Shown: piece by piece, positions 51,975 through 64,000 of the stretch | Layout: the number at the start of each line of letters is the position of its first letter | Numbering within the stretch: position 1 is the first letter of the stretch | Origin: Eledone cirrhosa | Lineage: Eukaryota | Assembly: GCA_964016885.1 (NCBI GenBank) | Contig: OZ024740.1 | Coordinates: forward strand, 228,036,001-228,100,000 | Length of the DNA: 64,000 bases | Reading direction: 5' to 3' | Notes under the pieces: model-generated | Database searches by the model: none | The model's input: only the letters and a program-made list of their open reading frames with translations | What the model was told of the DNA's origin: nothing | Translations under genes and position numbers: made by a program

Positions 51975-53189
51975 AAGAATCAACTCCAGTATTGGAGTAG
52001 TACTTTTTTATCGACGTCGAAAAGAGGAAAGGAAAACTTGACCTCGGCTGGAATTGAACTCAGAACATAGAGAGCCAGAGTGAATACTGTAAAACATTCT
52101 ACCGGACTTTCTAACGGCTCTGCACATTTTCCGCCTGGATTACCATATACCTAATTCCAAAAATCTAATTTCCATTATTTCAGAGTTAAGTGTTTCGATC
52201 ACATATACAACGTGATGCCAGTGATAAAATCTCAGCCACGAAGTCATATTTGCTTAGTGAACTAAATTTTCAATGTATCATTGTCATTAGTTATGGCGGC
52301 GAATTGGCAGAGTCGTTAGAACGTAGGATAGAATGCTTTATGGTATTCGTTCCAGCTCTCTATTCTCTGATTTCAAATCCCACCGAGGTCAACTTTACCT
52401 TTCATCCTTTCGAGGTTGATAAAAGAAGTACCAGTCTAGTACTGGGGTCAATTCTTCCTCTATATCTCTTTCTCATTTCCTCTCTCTCTCACTTTCTATC
52501 TTTCTCTGGAAGAAATCTGCTGTACTGAGGCCTGGAGTGGAATGGGCTCCGCCAGGCTTAAAATGCCCAAGAAACGCCGTATGTCAATATGATTCTATCG
52601 GGAGTTACGGGACAAGAGGGAGAAAAGATTGTCATTAGTTACTAGCTGACCGCGTGGTTTAATTAGAAACAACCATCAAATATTAAAGATCAAGATGAAA
52701 TTTGTAGTGTTTTATTTATAAGTTATAATATAAACACAAATAATATATTATCAAATGACTGAAATTTCCACAATATAATATTTTATTCATATATAACTTG
52801 AGGATAAACAATATCTTTCGTACGGCAAGGCTTTAAAAAAATGTCGACACCTCTACGTGATAAACGTTATACACATTGTCTCATTGGACAGTATCCAGAG
52901 TCAGAAGACGTCCTCCTGTATTTCCATTGGCTGTCATAAGAGAAAACTGCGTCAAACATCGCACACGTCGACACAGTCGACAATATCCAGAGTATTACCA
53001 TTGGCTGCTGGAAAAGAAAGCTTCTAACAGTACTATGCCAAACATTGCACACAGCGTCTCATTTGAAGACTCCACCCTGAATATTGATAGAAACTACTTT
53101 AATGGCGGCAATCTACAGTTGATGTGGAATGTGCACGACAAAAATTCTGATCTTCGCACAAACAACCGAGTCAAATGTGTGTGGGTATA

Positions 53190-53296
53190 GAACAAAGAAA
53201 ACTAAACAAAAGTCAGAGATAGGTAGTTAATTAGCTCATTATTTCACAAGCGTTTCAGAGGGTCGATTAATCGTGGAAGATCGATGTATCGACTAG
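53190..53296 (+). mobile_element. Probable non-autonomous Helitron 3' end
   Basis: Subterminal hairpin tcgattaatcgtggaagatcga then CTAG|T; homologous copy ends at the same CTAG at 59830-59918. Confidence 0.5.
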
Positions 53297-53389
53297 TATA
53301 GTATTGGTTACGTTACTACCTAATTCTACTTTCGAAATTTTTATTCGAGCGACCGTCTTCTTCAGAAACACTTGTTTTCATTGTTCTAT

Positions 53390-53476
<87 letters not shown>

Positions 53477-54099
53477 AATGTCTCTGTAACCTGGACAGAT
53501 TCTTCTTCGGGGAAACCTTACGCCGCGGTCGCTTACTACAAAAATGACTGGCCATTGACGTTGTTAGAACTCAATGTGTTCTTGGAAAGATGGTTACAGA
53601 GAGATTAGGCGGTGTGGCCAGTAGTTTTTGTAGTAGGTGGCCGTCGCGTTGACTCCTGCTCCTGTAGTTGCCTGTAATTGTAAATGTAAGTTTACAGTTT
53701 GTGTCAAATACTTCATGTAAATAAATGATGGTTAAAAGACTTTAAATATTCATAATATGTAAAATAATAGCCATTACAAAAGCTTCTCGGACTTAGAGGA
53801 TATCAAACACTCGGTTATGGAACCTGCCCCAAAGATTCGTGCAATCTAAAATTTCCTTAAAATAAACTAGGGAAACGTCTATCCTCTTTCACTTTCTAAA
53901 AGATCCGTTGATACTGCCATCGTCGACCTAGTTGTCATTGACTGCGGATGTGGCCCTGAGGTCGGGGTGGTTGTAGAGGACATTGTAGTAGTATGGTAGT
54001 TGTTTCTTAGCCCTAGGACAAACTTGGATGAGTAGACCGATGACCAACACATCACAGTCGTAATACCAGTGCCATTGTTGTTGTTTTTAGAAATAGTTG

Positions 54100-54101
54100 C
54101 A

Positions 54102-54200
<99 letters not shown>

Positions 54201-54363
54201 TGATGGTGGTGGTGGTCGTGATGTGAGTGGGTGTAGTAGAGGTGGAATTGGTGGTGGTGTGTAGTAGTAGTAGTAGTGCTGGTAGTAGTGATGTGAATGA
54301 GGGTGATAGTAGTAATAGGGGTAGAGTTGATGGTGGTATGTAGTCGTCGTCATCGTCGTCGCC

Positions 54364-54431
<68 letters not shown>

Positions 54432-54442
54432 GGTAGTAGTAA
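54100..54442. repeat. (TAG)n/(TGG)n compound microsatellite
   Basis: Direct inspection. Confidence 0.9.
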
Positions 54443-54731
54443 ACATTTAATTAATCACTGAATCACGATGAGTCAGTCAGACAGACAGAAGGGTAAAGCT
54501 TTCTATCTACCAGGAAGACAGACAGACAGGCTGACAGACAGAGAGACAGTCTGATAGATAGACAGGCTGACAGAAAGACAGTACAGTACAGTTATCTATC
54601 CAGAAGGAAGACAGACAGACAAACAGACTGACAGACAGTGAAAATGGCCGAATTAATGCCTGTAATTTATATTTCCACGTTCCGATAGGCATGTGTCTCT
54701 TATACAGACATTATATAATATGATAATATTA

Positions 54732-55235
54732 TTGAGTTCAAATCCCGCCGAGGTTGACTTTGCCTTTCATCCTTACGGGGTCGATAAAATAAAGTATCAG
54801 TAATGCACTGGGTAATTGCTGGCTTTGTGCCTATAATACAATATAATATAATATAATATAATATAATTGTTTCTACTTTTGGCACAAGGCCAGCAATTAC
54901 CCAGTGCATTACTGGTACTTTATTTTATCGACCCAGTAAAGATGAAAGGCAAAGTCAACCTCGGCGGGATTTGAACTCAGATCGTAAAGGGACGTAACTG
55001 TGCTGGAAAGCATGGCGTCCGACCCTCTACCGATACTGCCAAATATAATATAATATAATTGTTTCTACTTTTGGCACAAGGCCAGCAATTACCCAGTACA
55101 TTACTGGTACTTTATTTTATCGACCCCGTAAGGATGAAAGGCAAAGTTAACCTCGGCGGGATTTGAACTCAGATCGTAAAGGGCCGTAACTCTTTGCGTC
55201 AAAACATGGCGTCCGACTCTCTACTGATACTGCCA
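54732..55235. mobile_element. SINE cluster: one plus-strand partial copy then two minus-strand copies
   Basis: 54732-54832(+), 54866-55042(-), 55057-55235(-) match 31432-31620; further copies at 56945-57135(+) and 58420-58603(-). Confidence 0.88.
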
Positions 55236-55348
55236 AATATAATATAATATAACATAGATATAACAAATGCAATTGAAACAACGACAAAAAAATCTGACAT
55301 ACATATTGCATGAATATATGTTTCTATATATGTGTATATGTATGTATC

Positions 55349-55520
55349 TACGAGGGATGGTTGAACATTCTATAGGCTGAACAGTTCATAGGCTGAACAG
55401 TTTATAGGCTGAACAGTTCATAGGCTGAGCAGTTTATAGGCTGAACAGTTCATAGACTGAAAGATTCATAGGCTGACCAAGATACTCTCATGGAATGACC
55501 AAATTAGGTTATTTTTCAAC
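55349..55520 (+). mobile_element. Mariner-like terminus with internal 16-bp tandem amplification
   Basis: TACGAGGG start typical of mariner TIRs; about 6.5 units of ataggctgaacagtt(c/t). Confidence 0.55.
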
Positions 55521-55739
55521 TTCCAGTCCCTGGAAAGATACAATGTAGTTATTAAGAAGAGTTGAACCCTACTTGTCACCTCAATCTTTGTATTTCTTCT
55601 TTAATCTCTCATTCTATTTTTTGATGAAGGACTCACATCCGAAACATTAAGACTCTTTTCCTACTATATCAAGCGTAAAACTAATAATATATTTCTTTAT
55701 AATACTGTGTCGTTTGCTTTGTTATTTCTATTTGCCTTT

Positions 55740-55828
<89 letters not shown>

Positions 55829-56304
55829 ATATATATATATATATGTATATATAATACATTATAAAGAAAGAAGAAACATTAGACATAAATAAAAAAATAT
55901 AAATAGGCAATATTCCTCTACATTATCGACTGTACAGTTTCGCGGCTACTTTGCAAAAACACTACATCATAGAGATGCAGTATTTCTGTGATGTTTGCCA
56001 GCTTATCAAGAGAATACCTCATTTAAAGTTTCAAAATACGTCTGCAAGGCGCGAGAGAGAACCCGGAAAGGCGGAGGGGGAACTTATCACGTGATACAGA
56101 GGTCAAGAAACAGAGTTAAGCCTTTTACAACCAAGAGAAAAATACCACAATGGCGGAGGGGGCATTAATATCTAGGCTACAGACGAGGTGGCTAAGGAGG
56201 GCTAGAAGTGTAAATAGTGTAAGCTTGACAGCAGTCACTATACTTCCGTGGTTACTCTACCGTTGGGATACGAAGCCGAATTTTCTACTTTTGAAAGGCT
56301 GAGA

Positions 56305-56398
<94 letters not shown>

Positions 56399-56399
56399 T

Positions 56400-56620
56400 A
56401 ATAATAATAAATGCGAAGACTAAAATCCAACGAGGGCTCGACAAGGATAAATATATATCAAATATATAAGAACCCTAGAGCAAATATTTATTAAAATAAC
56501 AGATTAAAGTTTAAGCAAAGAATCGGTGCTTTCACCCTTAACGGGATCTTCTGAAGATCCCGTTAAGGGTGAAAGCAGCAATTCTTTGCTTCAACTTTAA
56601 TCTGTAATTTTAATTAATAA
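56400..56620. repeat. Solo Penelope pLTR fragment folded into a palindrome centred near 56552
   Basis: 56400-56551 matches 43113-43268; gctttcacccttaacgggatcttc-t-gaagatcccgttaagggtgaaagc. Confidence 0.9.
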
Positions 56621-56636
56621 ATAAATAAATATATAT

Positions 56637-56686
<50 letters not shown>

Positions 56687-56688
56687 AA

Positions 56689-56767
<79 letters not shown>

Positions 56768-57481
56768 GGCTTCCACAGGACTAGAACTGTTTCATTCGAA
56801 GGAAATCACCAGGAAAGCCGACTGTCAATGTGATATGGTGGTATTTATACATTTTCTGTTGGTAAGGGAAGGTGGTGATTGAGGTGGGGGGAGGTTATAT
56901 ATTCGTGAGTGAATAATAATAATATCATAATATTATTGATATTCGGTGGATTGGCAGTATCGATAGAGGGTCGTACGCCATGCTTTGCAGCATAGAGTTA
57001 CGACCCTTTACGGCCTAAGTTCAAATCCCGCCGAGTTTAACTTTGCCTTTCATCCTATCGGGGTCGATAAAATAAAGTGCCAGTAATGCACTGGGACAAT
57101 TGCTGGCCTTGTGCCAAAAGTTGAAACAATTATTATTATTCGGATATTCGTGGGAGATGACAACGTCACCCTTTTGTTCCAGCGGTAGCTGAGAGAAAAC
57201 AATCGACAATTGACAATTGTTTTGGAGTGTCTTGCTCCTTGTAAAGATTCTGTATTCTCCTTGCTTGCTACCTGCTGAGAATATATAGTATTCTCAAGTA
57301 TATACATCGGTTGATAAGCCTCATTTGCATACCGAATGAATTTACGACCGGCTTTGCCATAAAAAAAACAAAGGTATTCACCACTTTAAGAGCGAAAACG
57401 AAAACAAATTCTGTTTATATATATATATATATATATAGTGACGAAACATAAGTCAGTTGCATGAACTCATAATCCTTTATT

Positions 57482-57539
57482 TACTGCTATATATATTTCG
57501 ATGATAGCCATTGAATGGCTATGACCTCATCAGGCAGTT
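57482..57539 (-). ncRNA. Minimal type I hammerhead ribozyme with canonical core
   Basis: ACTGC-CTGATGA-GGTCATAGCCA ttcaa TGGCTATCATC-GAAA-TATATAT-A-GCAGT. Confidence 0.75.
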
Positions 57540-57597
57540 AGTCAGTTCTTAGATATGCCAACTCTGTGTTTATAGTGTTGATGGTATCAGAGCCTTG

Positions 57598-57677
<80 letters not shown>

Positions 57678-57721
57678 GTTTATATATATAGACAAAATTT
57701 GTTTTCGCTCTTAACGTGGTG

Positions 57722-57760
<39 letters not shown>

Positions 57761-58728
57761 CAAGGTTTTTTAACAAAATGAAAATAAAAAGAGGTGTCCT
57801 ACACGAGTCAAAGTATAAGGAAAAAAGATGAAATCGAAAATGCAACAGGACTCTTTTTTTAAAAAAATATATTTATTTGGTTCCTTTACCGGTTTCGCAG
57901 TTCTTGTGCTTTTTAAAAGTAGAATTGAGATGGAGGGTTTGTGGTTTTTCTCATATATATATAATATATATATAATATATATATTGTATATATATATATA
58001 TATATACACAATGTTATTCAATAAATGGAAACTATATTCATAAAACCATATTTATTTTATTATATATATTTCAAGGGTACCAAGATAACATTGGTACGCT
58101 TTCATCAGATAAAATACAAAGTTTGTTTTATAAATAGAGACATACCCATGAAAAACATACCTTATCGGTTGGAAATTCACTGGATAGTGGAAATATATTA
58201 GGGATTATTCAAACTTATGCGTGAATATGCAAATGAATATGTAAATAATTGAAAAACAACCGTTTATTTAAATGACACTGGAGAAAGAGAGAGAGAAAAA
58301 ATACAAGGGGATAAAGATAAAAAATATTACGAGAGAGATAGAGAGAAGAAATAAACAGGAAAATGAATAAAACTCATATAACGTTAATTTTGGGGAAATA
58401 TATTCTAAGTATATATCTTAATAATTGTTTCTACTATTGGCACAAGGCCAGCAAATTACCCAGTATATTACTGGTACTTTATTTTATCGACCCCGTAAGG
58501 ATGAAAGGCAAAGTTAACCTCGGCTGGATTTGAACTCAGAATGACAAGGGCCGTAACTCTATGCGTCAAAGCATGGCGTCCGACCCTCTACCGATACTGC
58601 CAAATACGTGTATTTACTATTATTAGTTGTTTAAAATTCGTTTCTAATATACTATTTTCTGTTATAAGTAGATAAATAAATAAATAAATAAATAAATAGA
58701 TAAATAGTTAAATAAATGAATAAATGGG

Positions 58729-58771
<43 letters not shown>

Positions 58772-59115
58772 TGTGTGCGTGTGTGTGTAAGTGTGAGTGT
58801 GTGTGTCTGTCTGTATGTGTATGTATGTGTGTTTATATATATATATATCTATGTGTGTACATATATGTGTGTGTGTATGCATATATAAGCGATACACATA
58901 TTCTTTGTGTTGCCCTGTCCTATCCATTGTTTCCAATTTTTAGATAGTTTTCTATCATTTGAAACGCTAACACTTGCAGAATTTGTCTCACAATAACATT
59001 GTTTACACCTATGTATGTATGTATGTATGTACGTATGTATGTATGTATGTATGTATGTATGTATGTATGTATGTATGTATGTATGTATGTATGTATGTAT
59101 GTATGTATGTATGTA

Positions 59116-59675
59116 TGTCTCATGGTCGGGTCGTTGGCGACTAAACTGGCAACCCCACCAAGGTTTCTTGGTGAAGAGGGTGACTTTGGACATCCTGCAG
59201 GACTAAAAACAAAACCTGTCAAAGGTCAAAGGACCTCTTAAGAGTCAATGGCCATCCAAAATCACCGGGAGAGATGACCCCTTAGCCTTTGTCAAGGCAG
59301 AATTCTAGGAGAAGGAAAACTCTGCTATAACACCTGCAACCCCGATGGTATCCAATGATGTTGACTTGTTCTTCTTTTTGGTAAATATCATCTTGGTTAA
59401 GAGAGTGGGACTGACTTTGTGCAGTGCCTTTGCTCACTATAAAAGCTTCACGGCACAGGCATTGCTTTATATCTGGAGATCTCTCTGCACTTGTCATCAC
59501 ATGGTACCATGGGCCCAGCACTATGTGTCAATAATTGTCACAAGTGTAGGGTTTGTACCAGAGTTTTCAAGTCACTGGCTGGACTAAAACGTCACACCGG
59601 TTCAGCGCATCGGTAGGGGTTCTCCTACATGGATATAAAGTAGTGGGCGTACTCGAAAACGAGTTGGCAGCCACC
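59116..59675 (+). mobile_element. Bipartite RTE-derived element, copy D
   Basis: Highly similar to copies A and B; between (ATGT)n tracts. Confidence 0.87.
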
Positions 59676-59751
59676 ATGTATGTATGTATGTATGTATGTA
59701 TGTATGTATGTATGTATGTATGTATGTATGTATGTATGTATGTATGTATGT

Positions 59752-59825
<74 letters not shown>

Positions 59826-59994
59826 TGAACAATGAAAATAAAACAAACGTGATTAGCTCATTGTTTTACGACCGTTTCAGAGGGTTGATTGATCGTGGTA
59901 GATCCATATATCGACTAGTGGTTACGTCGCTAGCTCTTTCTAGTCTCGAAATCCCTGATCAATCTCATCGTCTTTCTCATCTCACCTATCAATT

Positions 59995-60205
59995 TTACCA
60001 GCCAACCTCCGAGCCATTAACCAGTCAACCTCCGAGCCATTAACCAGCCAGCCAGCCAGATAGCCAACCAGCCAGCCAACACACCAGCCATCCAGCCAAC
60101 TAACAAGCAGCCAGCCAGCCAGATAGCCAACCAGCCAGCCAGCCAGCCAACTAACCATCCATCCAGCCATCCAACTAACCAACCAACCAGCCATCCAACC
60201 AAATC
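59995..60205. repeat. (CCAG/CCAA)n degenerate tetranucleotide repeat
   Basis: Direct inspection. Confidence 0.85.
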
Positions 60206-60309
60206 CGACCATATACATCGAGTTGTCACTGTTTTGCGAGTTAGAATTTTTGGGAAGAGATTGTTTGACATTTCAAGATGTGAATTCTGTAGTAAAGGTC
60301 ATTGGAGCA

Positions 60310-60333
60310 TACAACAACAACAACAACAACAAC

Positions 60334-60365
<32 letters not shown>

Positions 60366-60378
60366 CACCAACAACACC

Positions 60379-60415
<37 letters not shown>

Positions 60416-61450
60416 GCAGCAGCAGCAGCAGCAACAACAACAACAGCAACTACAACAACTACAGTAGAAGCAGTAGTTACAACAACAATAACAACGACAA
60501 CTACAACAACAAAGGCAGTTACATCAGTTATTACAATAACAGCAACACCATCAGGAAATTGATGTTTAGCCCTACTTCAGTCATGTCGCTGTAGCAACTT
60601 AAATAACAACAACAATAACAACAACAAAGAAACATGAATAGCAACAACAATACTAATAACAATAGCACCAGCAGAAGCAGCTGCTACAAGTGCAGAAGAA
60701 TTAACAACAACAACGCAGAACAACAACAACACAACAAGAACAATGACAACAACAACAGCACAACAACAACAGCACAACAACAACAATGACAACAACAACA
60801 ACAGCACAACAACATCAGCACAACAACAACAGCACAGCAACAACAGCAACGCACAACAACAACAACAGCACAACAACAACAACAATGACAACAACAACAA
60901 CAGCAACGCACAGCAACAACAGCACAACAACAACAATGACAACAACAACAACAGCACAACAACAGCAAAGTAGCAGCACAGCAACCACAACAACATCAGT
61001 AGCAACACCAGCAACAACAACAACAATAACAGCATAACAGAACAACAGCAAGAACAACAACAGTATAATAACAACAACAGAAACAACAACACAGCAGCAA
61101 CAACAACAGCTACAACAACAACAACATCAGCACAACAACAACAGCAACAACAGCAACAACAGCAACAACAACAACAATGATATCATGATATCATCAGTAA
61201 TAGCACCAACAACAGCAGCAGCAACATCAAAACAACAACAACATTAGCACAACAACAACAGCAACAACAACATGATATCATTAGTAATAGCACCAACAAC
61301 AGCAGTAACAGCTTCCATAACAAGCGTAAAGGCATTAACAACAGTAATAACAACAACAGTATCAATAATTTCATCAGCAACACCAGTAACAGCAGCAGCA
61401 GCAGCAGCAACAACAGCAGCAGCAGTAATAGCTTCAATAACAAGCAAGAA
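60310..61450. repeat. Long (CAA/CAG)n low-complexity tract
   Basis: Source of the poly-Q/N/T pseudo-ORFs; frames repeatedly shift and stop. Confidence 0.9.
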
Positions 61451-61599
61451 CAGTCACATTACCCACAAAACATTGGTAAAATATAGCGCTTGTCAAATGA
61501 CTATCTCGAATCAACGAGAGAACCTTTACGTGGTCGCTTAACTTACTAGAAATAGCACTCAAGAGTAAAAAAACCCCACAAAAAAACCTTCGTCAGATT

Positions 61600-63292
61600 G
61601 AATCAAAGAAACAATGCTTCTATTAGTCTTTCTATTGATATCTGCCTGTCGCAACTTCTGACAGAAGAAAAGAGCAGATCGTTCGACAGGACCGAGGAAA
61701 CTATGTTTTAATTGGTCTTTTCATTGCTGATACTATCTGATGTGCTGGCTGCAACTTCTGGTAAAAGAAAGAACTCAATCGTCCGAGTGGACCAATGAAA
61801 CGATGTTTCCATTGGTCTTTTCATACCATCTGCCGGTTACAACACCTGACAGAAGAAAGGAACTGATAGTCAGATCGGACCAAGGACACAGTGTTTCCAT
61901 TGGTCTTTTCATTGTAGATACCATCTGCCGGTTACAACTCCTGACAGAAGAAAGGAACTGATAGTCAGATCGGACCAAGGACACAGTGTTTCCATTGGTC
62001 TTTTCATTGTAGATACCATCTGCCGGTTACAACACCTGACAGAAGAAAGGAACTGATAGTCAGATCGGACCAAGGACACAGTGTTCCCATTGGTCTTTTC
62101 ATTGTAGATACCATCTGCCGGTTACAACTCCTGGAAGAAGAAAGGAACTGATAGTCAGATCGGACCAAGGACACAGTGTTCCCATTGGTCTTTTCATTGT
62201 AGATACCATCTGCCGGTTACAACTCCTGGAAGAAGAAAGGAACTGATAGTCAGATCGGACCAAGGACACAGTGTTTCCATTGGTCTTTTCATTGTAGATA
62301 CCATCTGCCGGTTACAACTCCTGACAGAAGAAAGGAACTGATAGTCAGATCGGACCAAGGACACAGTGTTTCCATTGGTCTTTTCATTGTAGATACCATC
62401 TGCCAGTTACAACACCTGGAAGAAGAAAGGAACTGATAGTCAGATCGGACCAAGGACACAATGTTCCCATTGGTCTTTTCATTGTAGATACCATCTGCCA
62501 GTTACAACACCTGGAAGAAGAAAGGAACTGATAGTCAGATCGGACCAAGGACACAATGTTCCCATTGGTCTTTTCATTGTAGATACCATCTGCCGGTTAC
62601 AACTCCTGGAAGAAGAAAGGAACTGATAGTCAGATCGGACCAAGGACACAGTGTTCCCATTGGTCTTTTCATTGTAGATACCATCTGCCGGTTACAACTC
62701 CTGGAAGAAGAAAGGAACTGATAGTCAGATCGGACCAAGGACACAGTGTTCCCATTGGTCTTTTCATTGTAGATACCATCTACCGGTTACAACTCCTGGA
62801 AGAAGAAAGGAACTGATAGTCAGATCGGACCAAGGACACAGTGTTCCCATTGGTCTTTTCATTGTAGATACCATCTACCGGTTACAACTCCTGGAAGAAG
62901 AAAGGAACTGATAGTCAGATCGGACCAAGGACACAATGTTCCCATTGGTCTTTTCATTGTAGATACCATCTGCCGGTTACAACTCCTGGAAGAAGAAAGG
63001 AACTGATAGTCAGATCGGACCAAGGACACAATGTTCCCATTGGTCTTTTCATTGTAGATACCCTCTGCCGGTTACAACTCCTGGAAGAAGAAAGGAACTG
63101 ATAGTCAGATCGGACCAAGGACACAGTGTTCCCATTGGTCTTTTCATTGTAGATACCATCTGCCGGTTACAACTCCTGGAAGAAGAAAGGAACTGATAGT
63201 CAGATCGGACCAAGGACACAATGTTCCCATTGGTCTTTTCATTGTAGATACCATCTACCGGTTACAACTCCTGACAGAAGAAAGTAGCCGAT
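61600..63292. repeat. 95-bp tandem repeat, 16 homogeneous units plus about 2 degenerate upstream units
   Basis: ccatctgccggttacaac recurs exactly every 95 bp from 61826 to 63251. Confidence 0.95.
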
Positions 63293-64000
63293 CGTGGAGG
63301 TTGTGGTGGTAGTTTTCGCAGTGATTGTTGTGGTTGATTTTAGTCACAGGTACACGTCGATTGAGCAGGCCTATGATTAAAGACATCCCATCCATGACCA
63401 ACCCGTTATTTTCCTATGTATAGAGAACCCAGGATCATATGAGCCAACAGATCATTTTCTAGACTGCGAATTGATAGAACCGTTTGACCGTCAGATAGAA
63501 TGATTTGCGGTATTTGTTCCGGCTCTCCGCGCTCGCAGTTCAAATCCCGACGTGGTCAACATTATCTTTCATTCATTTTGAAGTCAATAAATATAATACC
63601 TATTCAATACTGAGGCCAATTCGTCCTCTTCTCATCGATTTCTTCCCTCTATTTCTCGGTAAGAAATCAGTTTATATTTCCACCCGGTGAGGGTTGGGCT
63701 TCACCAAGTTTAAATGCCCAAAGCACACCGTATGCCACTATAGTGCCCCTACCACACCATCATGAGTTAAAGGACCATGAATCATTTTCTAAATTAGTGG
63801 AAGTGTGAATTAGAGGGATTCGGTTGTCATTTCTAGCAAGTCGAGCGATTTCGTTGTGTTGGTGTTAGTGGTAGCGGTGGAGATGTAATGACGCAAGACT
63901 TCAACAGAGCATCTTTGTAGCTTTTGCTGGATTTCAAAGAAGCCAGCAATACACAATATGGTGGTCTTACAACGACACACACACACACACACACACACAC

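Noticed and set aside
60223-61541. Poly-Q/N/T/C/L ORFs as a real protein
   Set aside because: All frames are translations of a CAA/CAG microsatellite with frequent frameshifts and no splice or domain support
61790-63292. CRISPR array or twister ribozyme array (CCGGTTACAAC resembles the twister P4 loop)
   Set aside because: Units are wholly repeated with no unique spacers and no cas genes; the twister AAGC loop, UAA cleavage context and pseudoknot partners are missing

Overview
AT-rich, microsatellite-dense animal genomic DNA. The SINE, RTE and Penelope content suggests a cephalopod such as octopus (inference, not checked by search). The one host gene I can reconstruct is a 7-exon minus-strand gene (CDS 32211 to 16033, about 321 aa, all splice phases consistent). 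Its middle exons match, by eye, the TINF2_N/TRFH-like domain of the shelterin protein TIN2. The rest is mostly mobile DNA: two Penelope-like retroelements (one Neptune-like, one Naiad-like in permuted tandem layout), several minimal hammerhead-ribozyme motifs and fold-back palindromes, RTE LINEs, and two maT-type mariner-like transposons (DD37D counted in one; the other is nested in an RTE). There is also a Chapaev3-like relic, CRE and R4/Dong LINE fragments, and many tRNA-derived SINEs. A bipartite RTE-derived non-autonomous family inserts into (ATGT)n tracts and carries a conserved putative pseudoknot. A homogeneous 95-bp tandem array lies near the end. No rRNA, true tRNA or CRISPR array was found.
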